Part shown: piece by piece, positions 12,633 through 26,519 of the stretch | Position numbering within the stretch: the stretch's first letter is position 1 | How the letters are laid out: each line of letters starts with the position of its first letter | Origin: Balanoglossus misakiensis | Taxonomy: Eukaryota; Animalia; Hemichordata | Assembly (NCBI GenBank): GCA_040954595.2 | Contig: CM082598.2 | Coordinates: 2,294,001-2,358,000 of the forward strand | DNA: 64,000 nucleotides | Direction of reading: 5' to 3' | The notes under the pieces: model-generated | Told to the model about the DNA's origin: nothing | The model's database searches: none | Seen by the model: the letters and a program-made list of their open reading frames with translations, nothing else | Program-made: the position numbers and the translations under genes

Positions 12633-15353
12633 CAGATAGACGACAGGCGACAGACGGGAGGGACAAAGTCTACCAACACGAGACGACAAAAATGTCAAAA
12701 TCTTACCTGTTCCAAATCTTGGCCCTCTAGAGCGGACGAACCAACATAGTAGACTTTACCCAGCATTCTCTGCGTGTTCGAGGTGAAGTTTGTCCAGTCA
12801 AACTGAGAAACATTTCTACGAGCGTCTAGTTCAAAAGCCGAGGACTTCAAGTTTTCTGCAATCTGAGAATATGTTCAAAACTGATAAGCTATTTTTCGAA
12901 TGAGATATTAACTTCTACAAAGCGACATCTACTTTTGGAATTAAATTCTTTTGAATAACACAATACCAAAAATAACTATTTGGCTTACAGAACATTGTTA
13001 ATGTCGACAAAAACAGGCAATGTTTTATGCTCTTCGTCATGTGAAGAACACAAGTACTTGTACTAATTATATTTAACATGCAATATATCTTTTGGAAATA
13101 ATCGAATTTGTGTTTACATAAAATAACAGGCTGCGCCATGGCATTTGGACTGGTTCCAATTGCTATTCACTGATAGCGTGGAAAGTTGGCTCAGGTGAAC
13201 ACCAGTAAAGATGTTATCAGTTTTACTGCTTTGCAAACACGCAGTGTTAGTCGGTGAGATTGCGAGAAGTACCTCAAGACCCGTTAGTCGATAATCGAGT
13301 GTAAAGTGTATACATGAGAAATAAATTTGACACGTAAAGCCCCAGGAATGCCTTGTCTCGTTAAATCAACTGACATAAACTACTTTTAAGGTAGATTGCG
13401 CCTCGAAAAAGCTTCTGAAAAAACTTTCTCTCATATATTGCTCAAGGCAACGTTAGATTATTCTCTCTCAAAATTGAGAACAACAACTTTGTGTCACCGT
13501 GCAAATTTTTTATTGGAAGAGCAAATATGTGTTAAATTGTCTCAAGCTCGAAGTTCAAAATGGCCCCCCAATCTCTGTGTGTTAACCTGTAGTTGAGAAT
13601 TGCGGAGGTTCATTTTAAGTCTCGTGATCCATATGGACTTTTAAATTAACGCTGTGACGACGTAAAAGCACGTTTGCCTTCTGGGATTGCATTTTCAAAT
13701 GTCTGACGGAAGCACAGGGGTCCACTGAGATTAATTATAACATGTTTTGCCTTGCCTCCCTGTGTGTTCATAACAGCATGATCTATTATTTAAACAGTGG
13801 AGTCAAACACATCGAAATGCACCAAAACTGAACCATATTTTGCCTGTGCTCTGAAAATTGAAAGAATTACTTTTGTCTTGAAAAGATGAATAGCCCGGGT
13901 CAAAGGAACCCAAGTCATGTACAAAGCCGGCGCATTAAGCTTCAATTGGATTCCCTGATACCGAAATATGATATGCAAATTTAACCTGATGTCACGTTTT
14001 TGTACAGATGATCTCGTTTCTGACTATAGTAAGAAATGTCTTGGTATCCACGCGATTCTAGTTCCCAATCTGGCTTCAAAACAAAACGCATTGTTGTCAT
14101 AGCTTCTGACAAAGGTGCATTTGGTGGTGGTCAATTTGAACTTGGGTGTGGAACTGAAACCGTTGAAAGCTTAGACATGCGCTCTGGGAGAGGACCAACA
14201 TATTACCCACTTCAAATTTCAAGTTCGTCCAGGTTTCTCACTTCAAAATTTTCCCTTTTAAGGTAAACATTTTAGTTTTAAGTTTTAATGTGACACGTCA
14301 AGTGCTTGGGAAAGAGCTGTAGTGACCACTGCATCATGGGATATAGCAATAACCAGAACAAGGTAATGTAATTACCCACTTACACAGTGTCTACACACAT
14401 ACATGTATTGTATTTGTTGTCAAAACAATGAAATTGGCCTTTTAGCACAAGCTGCAGGGCAACGCATATAAAAGTTCACGTCAAGCTGGATACCAGAGTG
14501 TATATTGTATTGGTTTTCGCATTAAACAAACACCGGATAGGGGATATCTAAGTAGAAATAAAACATCTGGGGGTCACTTTGTAACCTGTGAGGGGTATAG
14601 GACCAACTCGCGCAGTCGCTGCACCGGTAAGAAGTATTAAAAACACGGTTCCTCTGTAGAGGAAAAGTGATTAAAAAAAGATGAACCGCAAACTCCAACA
14701 GAGCGACCCATGCGAAACCTGAGTCGACAATTTACCCGGCCAGGGAACCCGGAAAAAATTCTGTTATCTTCAACACGACCAAAAAAGTCTCTACTCTCAA
14801 ACAGAGACGAATATTATACATTTAATCTACGTCTAACCGTGCCTTTTGAAAGAAGTTCTTTCAAAAGGAATGAATGTAATCACATCTGTGCTGAAGTTTG
14901 TACTATGTGCGCAATTTATCAGTTGTATTTCGAACTTTTCACTTTGTTGCTTTTTATAAACATGATTCATTGACGTCAAACTGGCATCTTATCAATATGT
15001 TTTACAGGATTACATGATTTAATAAAACGTTTGAAGCAACGAAGTACGTGCATATGACTTGTCTGTGTGGAAACGCTTGGAATTACTAACAAAGAGATAA
15101 TTTTGCAATGGGCAAAGGTATAAAGATTTCGCTTGTATTGAAGTTGAATGAACCTTTTACTCACCATTTTGTCCTTGTTTTCGTTTGTTAGGTTGGTGTT
15201 GTAGGCCCACGAGGCGAGCACTGATTTGTAGTAGACGTCTTGTGCCATGGTGTTGAATTCCTCCAGGTACTCCACGGCCAGGCTCTCGTTTGTGATCTTG
15301 TCTTGTGCGTGGCAAGCCGCAATCATCAGAGCCAAAAACAACAGCGGTGACAT
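7841..15353 (-). CDS. ACE: Angiotensin-converting enzyme (peptidase M2), single catalytic domain, ~647 aa
   Basis: 12 exons: 15353-15165, 12862-12707, 12400-12313, 12191-12048, 11738-11547, 11247-11150, 10881-10709, 10446-10223, 9370-9121, 8928-8806, 8524-8298, 7920-7841 (1944 nt, in frame). Signal peptide; HHEMGH zinc motif; FHEAVGD third ligand; [22 protein letters not shown]...PYIRYF. AQSW (not ACE2-type GRFW) indicates ACE-type specificity. Confidence 0.95.
12596..12626. repeat. (GA)n microsatellite in an ACE intron
   Basis: Directly visible dinucleotide run. Confidence 0.9.
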
Positions 15354-17679
15354 CTTCTCGTTTTTCTACGGTGTGGATATAACGAACGCCGACTCTTCGA
15401 CACAGCTGAGGTGTACCGTCAGATACGATCCCTGCGAAGACTATTAACGAGAGTGACGTATAGTGTTAGCCTGCAACTTTTATTAAGTGCCCTGGTGCAA
15501 AGTTCAGCCCCCAGCGTTGTGCACTGTGTAAATAATCATCCATGTGACTCTGCTAATAATATCCATAACACCGCCTATACGTTTATGCGCCATGCCGGCT
15601 TTCCTGGCGTAACCATAGTTACAGCTCACGTAAAGACGCTGTAGAGACCATTACTGGCGGCCATGATGTCAGAACATGGAAGACATGATAATAAGTGAAC
15701 TTCAAAATGGAATAAATGCCCCCTGGTTTCTCATTTGTTTACGGAGGGATGGTTTTCGACAGAATGGGAGAGATGGAATCAACTGTTTAGGGTTTAGACT
15801 TGGTGTTTATTTTTCTACTGTGTGGAAAACGACCATAGTTGTACTTAATTTTCAGCACATTCATGGAAACAACGACTTCACATTAGTAATACTATAAAAT
15901 GCTAAAGTCCCAGCGTACTATAACTTCCCGTATTTAGTAGCAAATCTATTAGTAGTGGAATAATTATAGCATTAAATATGTATTACATGCATTGCTATTT
16001 GCTGTGAACAACTATAATCGTTCCAGTGGTTCTGCATAAGCCACAATGAAAACGACCTGCTTTCAATAATTACTTACTTTTCATTTCTTTTGTCATTCTT
16101 CGTCTCTTAAAGTCATTTCGTTTGTCAGCTCAATTCTTCATCCCTTCAAAGAAAGTGCATTGAAATATTATTTTCCTGTTTTATTTTTACATTAAAATTC
16201 AAACTGTACTAAACTCCCAATAAGATGCAGTGACCCATCTAGGCCGGAGTGATAAATATCTCCATGGCAACGTGTAGTGTCTTTGGCTGGAGGGGGCAAT
16301 GTCAACATTTCCTTCTCGTACACGATAAATCTTAAAGCGTTAGTGTCTACTTCAATAACACTAAAAAAGCGTTGAAGTCTGTCAAGTAGGGATTTTATAT
16401 GTTAACAATCCAACATGATAGACAGTACTCAGAATTTAAAGGGGCAATGCTGCAACTATTATGTATTTACACAAGTATTAGGTGCAATGTAGGATCCAAG
16501 TTTAACAAACACATACGTACCCGAGTCACGAATATCTAGCCGATGTACGGTAGATGTTGAGAGCAGTCCCCCAGGCTGGACTTTCATAACTCGCCTGCGA
16601 TATTGATATCAGTCATTCCTTTACTGCTCTTCTATCATGCTCTGTTTTGACGGCTTTACTCAGCAGTCGTAAAGCAAGGCGTCCATAATAGGCAAAGCTG
16701 TCACCACGCAGACAATATAATTTAGAGATACATGTAACACTTCGGGTGCGGGCACAACGGAAATATTTACATCAACTTGTGACCTATGGCAGGAAATTGC
16801 GTATATGTGTCAAGTGAATGACAAACCGAAGGTTTCCGATCTATTGCTGGCTATGTTTACCATGCTCGGAAATATATATTTTACCCTTCATATATTTCTA
16901 ATTCAGGTCGGGGTCATAGTCTCAAGGGAGGGGAAATTTAAGACGCGTGTAAACCATTAAAAGTTGGTGTAGTGTAACACTAGAGTAGAGAGAGTAATTC
17001 AATAATTCTTTCATAAAAAGTTTGATCGAATTTTGTACTCTGGAGAGCATAGCTGAAGAAGAAAAATGTCCACGGGCTGATCTTTAATTACCACTTAGAC
17101 CCACTTCAACCAAAAAATGCGAGGCCCCCTTAAAGGACCCAGAACCCTGTATCACTCTCTATAAACATGACCCAGGACAGTAATCTAATCAAGAACACAG
17201 AAATCTGTTCTGTATTCGTTTGTTTTCTGGAAGACGAAAGTCATTCTAGCTTTATCAGATGTGGAGAAAAAGTTCCAAATGGATGCATCAGAGGCTGTTT
17301 CTCCTGAATAACAGTTTATTTTCCCCACATTATTATTACCCATACATTAAAATTGTTGAATGTGTCCAACGTGCTATGTCAAGTACATTGTCAATTCACA
17401 ACGTCCCACCACCTGACTAAAGACAGAATGAATCCTTATATATCGAATGGTAGATGTGTTTCCAACAAAACCTATCGGTCACATCATGTAAAAGGAGCTT
17501 GCCACTTATGTATTGAGCATTGCATTGCTATTTACTGCCCCAAATTAAACTCGAGTGGAAGTTTTTTTATAAAGGAAGGGAAACAACACACGATATTTCA
17601 GGTGTCCTAAATTACAATTTTATCATTAACGATTCTAAACCTTAAATCCCCTAGAATTATCTTGAACAATGGAATAATA

Positions 17680-20600
17680 TTATGCAGCAATGCCCATAAC
17701 TTCAACTTCACACAACGTCAAGACAGACTTAGCATCAGATGGCTGTTTTACTGTGACGTAACGTCCCGACAGATATTCTCCACACCCGCAGTTCAAGGTG
17801 ATTCGCTCATTTGCCAGAAGTTCATCATCGATCGGTCTGCCGCACATTGCGTTCTGGTCCATAACGCTGTTGTCGCCAACACGTACAACAACATTTTTAA
17901 GGCGGAATTCTATAAAAGCAATGGAAAACCAGATCACTCAAGAGATAAAACACATATGGAGACTAACACTAACAGAATAATAGCAGTAACTTTCGATAGG
18001 TTTTATAGCGAAGGCTATCCAGTACTTTATTATACTCAGTTTTGTGACACGATCACATGTGGCAGTCAATTGTCGACCTTTTACCCATAATGCAATTATT
18101 ATGTGATTTGAACCCCTAGCAAGAAGGGAAGAGAAACAGTGACAACAAAAGCACCGACTTACCACAACAGTCACGTCTGTTAGTGATGATGACCTGATAG
18201 ACATCCATGGAAGCACCCAAGTCGAGTCTCCAATAAGCGCCCCTTTCACTTGCAGTCAGGGTGCATGATTTCAGGTTAAAGTCGTTGCTGAAGTCGCCGT
18301 CAATGGCGCGTGACGCAGCCCCACCTTTCTTGGTGCTACTCTGGGTGGCGGTCTTTCCAGGCGCTAAGTCCACAAGTCCATCCGGGAGAGTGCATACTGG
18401 AGACAGGAACAGAGACAGATACTTACATTCAATACAATTGAATGTATAAAATAATGTAAAATTAGGTAATAATTTGATCTGCGAATCCATCAGAATCAAA
18501 TGAGCAAAGTGTTTCCAAATTTTAAGATGACCTTCTTGCTCATAATTTCTCATTTCAAGAGGCTGAAAATCGAAGCATTAAAATGATGTATAGAGATGAA
18601 AGGTTTACTGGAAGGACACAAGATTCCAAAGTTGCTGAACTATTATTCGAGAGTTGGATTTCGACGGTTTATATGAACTGTGTTATGCCATTTAGCAGGT
18701 ATGGGCATAATGATCACCTAAAGCCATACAGAATATCTAACAATTACCTTTTTCTGTCGGTATGAAAGTGGTGAATTTAGTGTCTGGTCCAGGCGTCACC
18801 ATGACTTCCACTTCACAGAGAGTCAGCACTGTTGCTTTCTCTTTCGCGATTTGAACGGTGACGTATCGCCCCCTCAACGGCTCGCCACAATTACAGATGA
18901 CGTTGATTTTCTCCTTGAGGGCGCTGCGACCGGAGACTTGGTTCCCGCACTGCTGGCCTCGGCTGTTCTTCCCGTTACTGACACGAACTTCTGCTGTCTT
19001 GAGTCTGAATGCTGGAGACAGAATTTAAGAGGAACTTTCTCACAAACTTTCCAATGAATTTAGTCTGATGGTGAAGTATGAAAGAACCATCTAAATGTCA
19101 AATATTCAAACCACTTCTTTCTGCCACCCCCACCCCCAATTTTCAGAAGGCATCGCTCATAGTCTCTTGGTGATTGTGGTCATTCTGGTGGTGTCATCAT
19201 TGCATATTGACCAGTCTTCCGTTTAAGTAAGCCGTTGTTGAAATTCGCACAATAAAATGGCCAAAATATTGACACGAGTCTGCGCATGTACTAGATCGAA
19301 AGTTGTGTTAGGGCACTCCGCGAGCGACGTTAGCCACCCGTTCAGGAATGAATCTTTCTGTCCACAGTTGTACTCACCACAACAATCCTGTCGATTGTAG
19401 ATGAAAACTTGGTAGACATCCATCTCCTTGCCAAGATCAACCTGCCACCACGGGTTCACTTCCCTGCCAGTCAAGGTGCACGACTTAACCTTGAAGTTGC
19501 TGTCCCTGTTGCCATCCACAGCGCGTCTAGCGTCCGCTCCAGCCTTTGACGAACTTTGCACCGCGCGTTTGTACACCGCCACATTGACAAGCCCCTCCGG
19601 TACAGTGCAGACTGCGCGCAGAATGAAACAAGGCCGTCAGAATTACGCAGCAGAGGTAACAAACTCAAATAAATCAGGAAAAAATAAAATAAATGCCTAT
19701 CGCATCGCTTATAATTCTGTAAAACACTTTATTTTCGCGAGTTAAATTTTTCGCGATATCGAGAGAGGCCACTGTTTCGCGAGTATTAATTTTCGCGTTC
19801 TCTTATTTCATTCACTGCATCGTTATCTTCAAAAACAATTTACGCAACTTTTTATTTTCACGCTATTTTGGCTCTCGCGTATTTGGCGAAAATAAAGTGT
19901 TTTACAGTATCTTTTACAGCATTGACTGAAGGCCAATCGAGGAGGGTATCAATGTGTTTACTTGATCCAACCACGTGCACGAGTACCTGTGAAATATTAC
20001 ATCAAGGATTGACGCCTACCTTGTTCAGTTGGGGGTCCTACAGTGTACGGCACAGTGCTCATTTCTTCCTTGACTGTGGTAAACTCATCCACTGCATCCT
20101 CATTGCCAATGTGCACTTCGACTTCGCAGAGAGTTAATACACTGGTCTTGTCTCTGAGTTGAATGCTGACGTAACGCCCAACCACGAAGCTGTCGCATGC
20201 GCAGATGACGTTGATGGTTGGCTTTTTGGCCCTCCTTCCGGTGATAGGATTGCCACACATGTCGTTTTCCTGGAAGTTCACACTGTTCCCAATTCTGATT
20301 TCAGCGCCCTTTAGTCTGTGAGCTGCAAAAGATTTAGTCAGGATATTAACTAAATTATATCCTAATAATCAACCGTAGATTATATATAGCTCTAAAGTGC
20401 AAATATCTCTGGTCAAATACTGGCATACATTATTACATGTGAACAGTTTAAGTGGTCCTGAAACGTTTAAGATTTGAGATGGATGTGCCGACCAGATCTA
20501 AGCTGGTGTTTGAATTAACACCTCTTCACAACCCATTGTCTATGGGGCAAGCGTTGGGTGTGGACACAAGGCAATTCAAAGTATCAATTCTCTGTGTTTA

Positions 20601-23600
20601 CAAAAGGCAAAAAGTGCCTCTGAAACTTTTCAAAGTTTACCCAGTGTGAACCTGGTTAAAAGAGACCTTATATTGGCAGTTAACTCACCACAGCAATCTT
20701 GTCTGTTTGTGATGGACACTTGGTGGACATGGTGATGAACGCCCATGTCGAGCATCCACCAAGGTTCGGACTCTCTAGCTGTCTGTGTGCATGAACGACT
20801 GGCGAAGATACCATTCTTGTTCTCGTCTACAGCTCTTTCGGGAACGCCGCCTCGCTTGGTTGAACTCTGTGTTGCTTTGGTTCTGTAGGTGTGTTCCAGC
20901 ACTCTTAAACCATCTGGCAATGTGCAGACTGTACCAGAAAAAAATGTTGAAGGCATGATTAGGGGGACACTCTGATAGAAAACGACTTGGTCTTAGTAAA
21001 TAACGCCTGTCGTTGTGTTAACACTGAGAACACAAATTCTCAGTGATGCGTGTCACAAATTGGGACATTTGTTTCAACTGATTGCGATGGTGCTGCAAAG
21101 CTTCAGTCGCAACAACAACAATCAACCAAACAAACAAACAAAAACAAACAAACAGATATCGGAATTGTTACCCACCTTCTTCTGTTGTAGGCTCCAAAGT
21201 AAAATGCTTAGTTGTGAACTCATTAGCATCGGTTGTGTAACCCTCAACCGGATCCAAAGACCAAACTTCTACTTCGCAAAACGTCATGGCTCTTGTCAAG
21301 TCAAAAGCCTTGATTCCGATCCATCGTCCACGCACGGGGGCGCCGCACCCACAGATAACATTGATGGTCTCATTAAACGCCTGTCTTCCCCTGATTGGAT
21401 GACCACAGAGGGCATTGTCGTCGATATTTTCGCTGTCTCCTATCCTGACCTGGGTATGCCGAATTCTAAAAGCTGTAAAGTGTATGTGAGAAATCGTGAG
21501 CATATGATCATGTAGTGCTAATGCAGGTTTGTTGTGAACAAATATAAGCAAAGCAGGTGGCCAATAGGGTCACCTTCTAGACAGGATGAAGTAATACATA
21601 AACAGGTGGATAATATGGCCACCTCGATGCAATTACACATGTTGAATATACCGGTACGTACGGACTCCTGTAGAACAAACAATGATATCATCCATCTGAA
21701 AATATGTAACTGGCCTCTCAGAATTGTGGTAGTTGTCTGAGATGCCATTGAGATGTCTTTGTACTGATATTTTTTGAATAATTGAAATGAAGTGAAAACT
21801 GCTAAATTTTACTGAAAATGTGACTTACAACAGCAGTCCATACGATTGGTGATGGTGACCTTGTAGACGTCACGTGATTCACCAAGGTCAAGTTTCCACC
21901 ACGGCTCAAATTCCCGGGCCGTGTGTATGCAAGACTTGCCAGCGAAGTCAGTGTTCTTGTTGCCGTCGATACCCCTCTCTGGAATGCCACCCTTGATGAC
22001 ACTGCTTTGGTAGACTCGGACGTCCTTGGCGATGTTGACAAGGTTTTCCGGGAGGAAGCACTCTGCAGAAAAAACAGCATGGGTAAAGTGTACTGGAGAT
22101 ATCCGAAGATGCATCTGAGATTCATGAAACTTGTGGGCACTTTAAGTGCAATGTGGAGAACTCATTTCTTGCATGGCCACTATACCTTTCTGAATTACCA
22201 TTATAGTTACTTTATTTTGGCAATGATGCGTTATAAGACAACCTACCTTCTGTGGTTGGTCCAAAGGTGACAGCAGGCGTCGTCTCATCGACGACTTCAG
22301 TCGTGTAAATACCAGACTCCCCAGGGAGAACAAAAACTTCCACTTCACAGAGAGTCAGAGTCTTTGTCTTGTTCACCATCTGGATTCCAACCCACCGGCC
22401 TCGCATCGGTTGTCCGCATGCGCAGATAACGTCGATAGTTTCCTTCAAAGCTCGGCGTCCGGAAATCGCTCCCTGGCCGCACATGGGGTTTTCCAATATA
22501 TTCGGGCTGTCGCCAACGTGCACTTCTGTGTGTCGCAGTCTGAACGCTGGTTATCAGGAATTAAAGCAATAACCATGCAGTTAACAACAGTAGTCTTACA
22601 ACAAATAACATTCAATTGTATATGTAAAAAAAAATATACATGGCTTATCCTTGACTTCAGTTAAGACTGTTAAAACACTGTGCATAAGTTTGATAACTGA
22701 CTGCATGTTTTGCCAAGAGTTGATGTTGCCAACATGACACTTTTGATGGACATTGATCGATTTTTCCTTATCAGTTGTTTACATGTAAGACTTAGAATGC
22801 ATTAAAAAGTTCTAACGATTGTTAACATATTGATGATTGCATGCAAGAACTATAGCAGACAGCACACTTACAACAACAATCCATTCTGTTGGTGATGGTC
22901 ACCTGGTAGATGTTGTGGGTCTGTCCCAGATCCAGTTTCCACCAGGGTTCAAACTCTCTGGCGGTCAGAGTGCACGACCCTCCGGCGAAGTCGCTGTTCT
23001 TGTCGCCGTCGATGGCCCTCTCTGGGATGGCAAACTTCCTGGTGGAACTCTGCCAGACTGGGATGTTCTGGGCGATGTTAACCAAGTTGTCGGGCACAGT
23101 GCAGGCTGAAAATAACAGAAAAACAAAGTACTTACTTTTGTTGTTGTGATTACAAGGAAATATAATGAAAGTGGCCAACTCTACCGTATATAGTGGTGAC
23201 ATCACTTTGTTGCGGCCCATGTGGTATTAACATGTACATGTATTGACCTGCAGTGTATGAAGGCCAGTTTAGGAAAGTCCCTTGGCTGGCCACTAAAGGA
23301 CAAGTTTCACTGAATATGTACTTACGTTCTGTTGTGGGTCCAAAAGTGACCACCTCTGTTGTGAAGACGTCTGCAGTGGTACCGACCGAGACTGGCGCCA
23401 TGACCTCCACCTCGCAAAGACTCAGCACCGATGATTTGTCTTTCAGCTGCACGGTGACGTACCTCCCGCTGATATAGTCGTTGCAGCCACACATAAGGGT
23501 AATGGTCTCAGAGTGTGAAACTGTCTTGGAGATCGGCTCGTCACACAGATGGTTCTCTTCAAAGTTTTCGCTGTCACCAACTCGGACTTCGGCTCCGGAC

Positions 23601-26485
23601 AACCTGAAAGCTGTGAAAAGATTCAATTTTGTCATGATTGTGCCATTGTATGCCTCGTAAACAGACAAATTATATTCCTCCAGTTCTTAGCTATATTAAA
23701 GTATGAGAGGAGTCATTTTGAAAACAATTTGTGCATGGTCTTCCGTCCCTTGCAAACCTGCGATTGGCCTTTACCAATTATACCAGATGGTGAAAGTTGC
23801 GTGTAGTTCTCTCGTAACGAGAAATATTAATCTAGACGATGATGTCATACTCACAGCAGCAATCCAACCTGTTGGTCAGAGTGATGGAGTACACGTCACG
23901 AGTTTGACCGAGGTCCAGTTTCCACCAGGGCTCCCTCTGCCGGCCGGTCAGGGTGCACGAGCCTTCCTGGTAGTTGCTGTTCCTGTCTCCATCCACAGCC
24001 CGGCTTGCCACGGCTTCCTGTTTGGTGGAGCTCTGTGATGCAGGCATATTCAGTGCCACGTTCCTTAGTCCCTCCGGCAGCAAGCATTCTGAAAATGGGA
24101 CCCATTTATGGCTGTACATTTGTGTATTAGCATGTGACATTTTGGCTATTTTTTAGTATTCTGTTAGTGTCACGATACAATGTGGAATACACACAATTTA
24201 AATAGCCTATGTTTATCATAGAATGACATGAGATTTAAAAAAAGAAACGAATATCCGTTCTCGCGAATCAGAGCCATCTACCGGTATTTCCACTGAAACT
24301 GTTGCTGTAAAGAGGCGGTGGTTTACGACAATGCGAATATTGTGAGCAACTCAATACTAGTATTTATCACAAAATGAGTAGAATACCTGGTTCTTCGGTG
24401 GGTGGTAGTGTAGTTGCTCCGCGTGAAGCAAAGACTTCTACTTCACAAAGTGTCAATTTCTGAGTGGTACCGGCCAGGTGAACGCTAACATACTGTCCGT
24501 AGATTGGTTCACCACATGCACAGATAACTTCTATCTTTTCCTGATGCAGAACGTCTTCGGTGAATCGGAAGCCACAGAGGGTGTTTTCTTCGTGGTTTTC
24601 GCTCGTTCCAACACGAACCTCAGCATTGAGTAGTTTGTCAGCTGAAAACAAAATGGTAGACCAAACATTTTCGTTTAGTAGAATGTTGAACAACGTGGTG
24701 ACTTAATACATACAATGGTGGTTAATCATTCAGTTACTTATCAACATCAGGCAAAATTTTCCGAGAAACATGTTAACTTTAAATATATACACAAAACAGA
24801 CAATTTCGTCCACATACCAATACGGGTTCGTGTGTCAAGTAGGTCTGCATCATGTCGTCATACTTTATGTGAACAACCTCATCTATTTGTGATTCTAACC
24901 ATGGAAACATGACGTCATACTTACAGCAACAATCCCATCTATTTGTGATTCTGACCATGTGGACGTCCTTGACCTCACCAAGATCCAGCATCCACCATGG
25001 TTCAAATTCCGAGTTTGTCCGCGTACACGAGCGCGCCTCAAAGTTGCTGTTGTCGTCACCATCCACCGCGCGTTGAGCGATTGATCTGCCGGCAGTTGAA
25101 CTCTGTCTGGCGTCCGTGGTAGCCACATTGGCAAGACCAGAAGGCAGAACGCAAGCTGTAGGTACAAGGCAACGAGCAAAAGGTCAATTGGTTGGAAATT
25201 ACAACTGTTTTACAACTTTATCATCAACAAATATTGTTGCATGTATCTAGCATAATCGTTGACTTTATCATGATCATGATAATGTAGTGAAAGCCTCATG
25301 TCCTGTGTATGATATAAGAACATCAAATGCTCACAGACATTGGACATCTGAGCATAAGTCGAATAAAAGACAGAAATATGCAAATTTGTACGATAGAAAG
25401 AAAAAAGACCATGCAAACTACCGGTACACTGAAAAGGATTGATTTCTTACGCTCTTCCGTAACTGGTGAACTTGTGCCCTCTATTGGAGAACTAGTGGAT
25501 GCTTGGCCGCCTCCTTCACCGCTGTCTTCTCCTCCTTCTCCACCGCTACTTCCACCCGGGGCTTCAGTGGCGTCCAATGTACCATCAGTATCTTCACTCC
25601 ACACCTCGACTTCACACAGAGACAGGGCTGTGGTGGCACACCTCACCTGGACGCTGACGAAACGACCGTTGAGGGGGCCGTTGATGCAGCGCATGTGGAT
25701 GGTCTCCTGCTGAACGACATCTCTGGTAACGACACCACAGAGGGCGTTTTCTTCGAATTTTCGGCTGTTGCCAACGCGAACTTCAGCACCCAATAGACGC
25801 TCGGCTAGAAATCATAAAGAAACCATAACGTTATACGATGAAATCAAAAGTGATCGACATACAGTAAAACTCCAATTATCCGAACTGACAGGGGGGCATT
25901 GATTTTGTTCGGATATGCAGACAGTTCAGTTATTCGGATAACGATCCTATACAATAGAACTGTTTGGGGGACATGACAGCAGTTCGGATAACCAAACAAT
26001 TCGGATAATTTGAGTTCTGATAATTGGAGTTTTACTGTAATATACATTATTAAAAAATAAAGCTTAGAACTTGCAATCTCTATTAATATTGCTTAGTGTA
26101 TTGCGAACACAAATGAAAATCCCTTTATATGAGAGTTCAGTCCCACTTACAGCAGCAGTCCTGTCTGTTTGTCAGCGTGACGTAGTGAACATCACGTGGT
26201 TTGATGAGGTCCACCTTCCACCATGGGTCACACTCTCTGTTGGTCAGAGAGCAAGAACGGTGACAGAAACTGGAATCTCTGTCTCCGTCCACAGCCTCCT
26301 TGGCGTGCGAGTGCCAGTTGGATGAACTCTGGTCGGCGCATTTGCCGTAAGCAACATTTGTCAAACTGTCCGGAATCTCGTCGACTAAAGTGAAAAAAAG
26401 TAGACAAATTAAAACACAAAAGAAGTGTGATGAATTACGCAAAATCAAAAACCCTCAACATAGACAGCCAGACAGATACCGTACA

Positions 26486-26519
<34 letters not shown>

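Noticed and set aside
15400-17600. Possible second (N-terminal) ACE domain upstream
   Set aside because: No M2-like exons seen, and the exon at 15353 already starts with a signal peptide.
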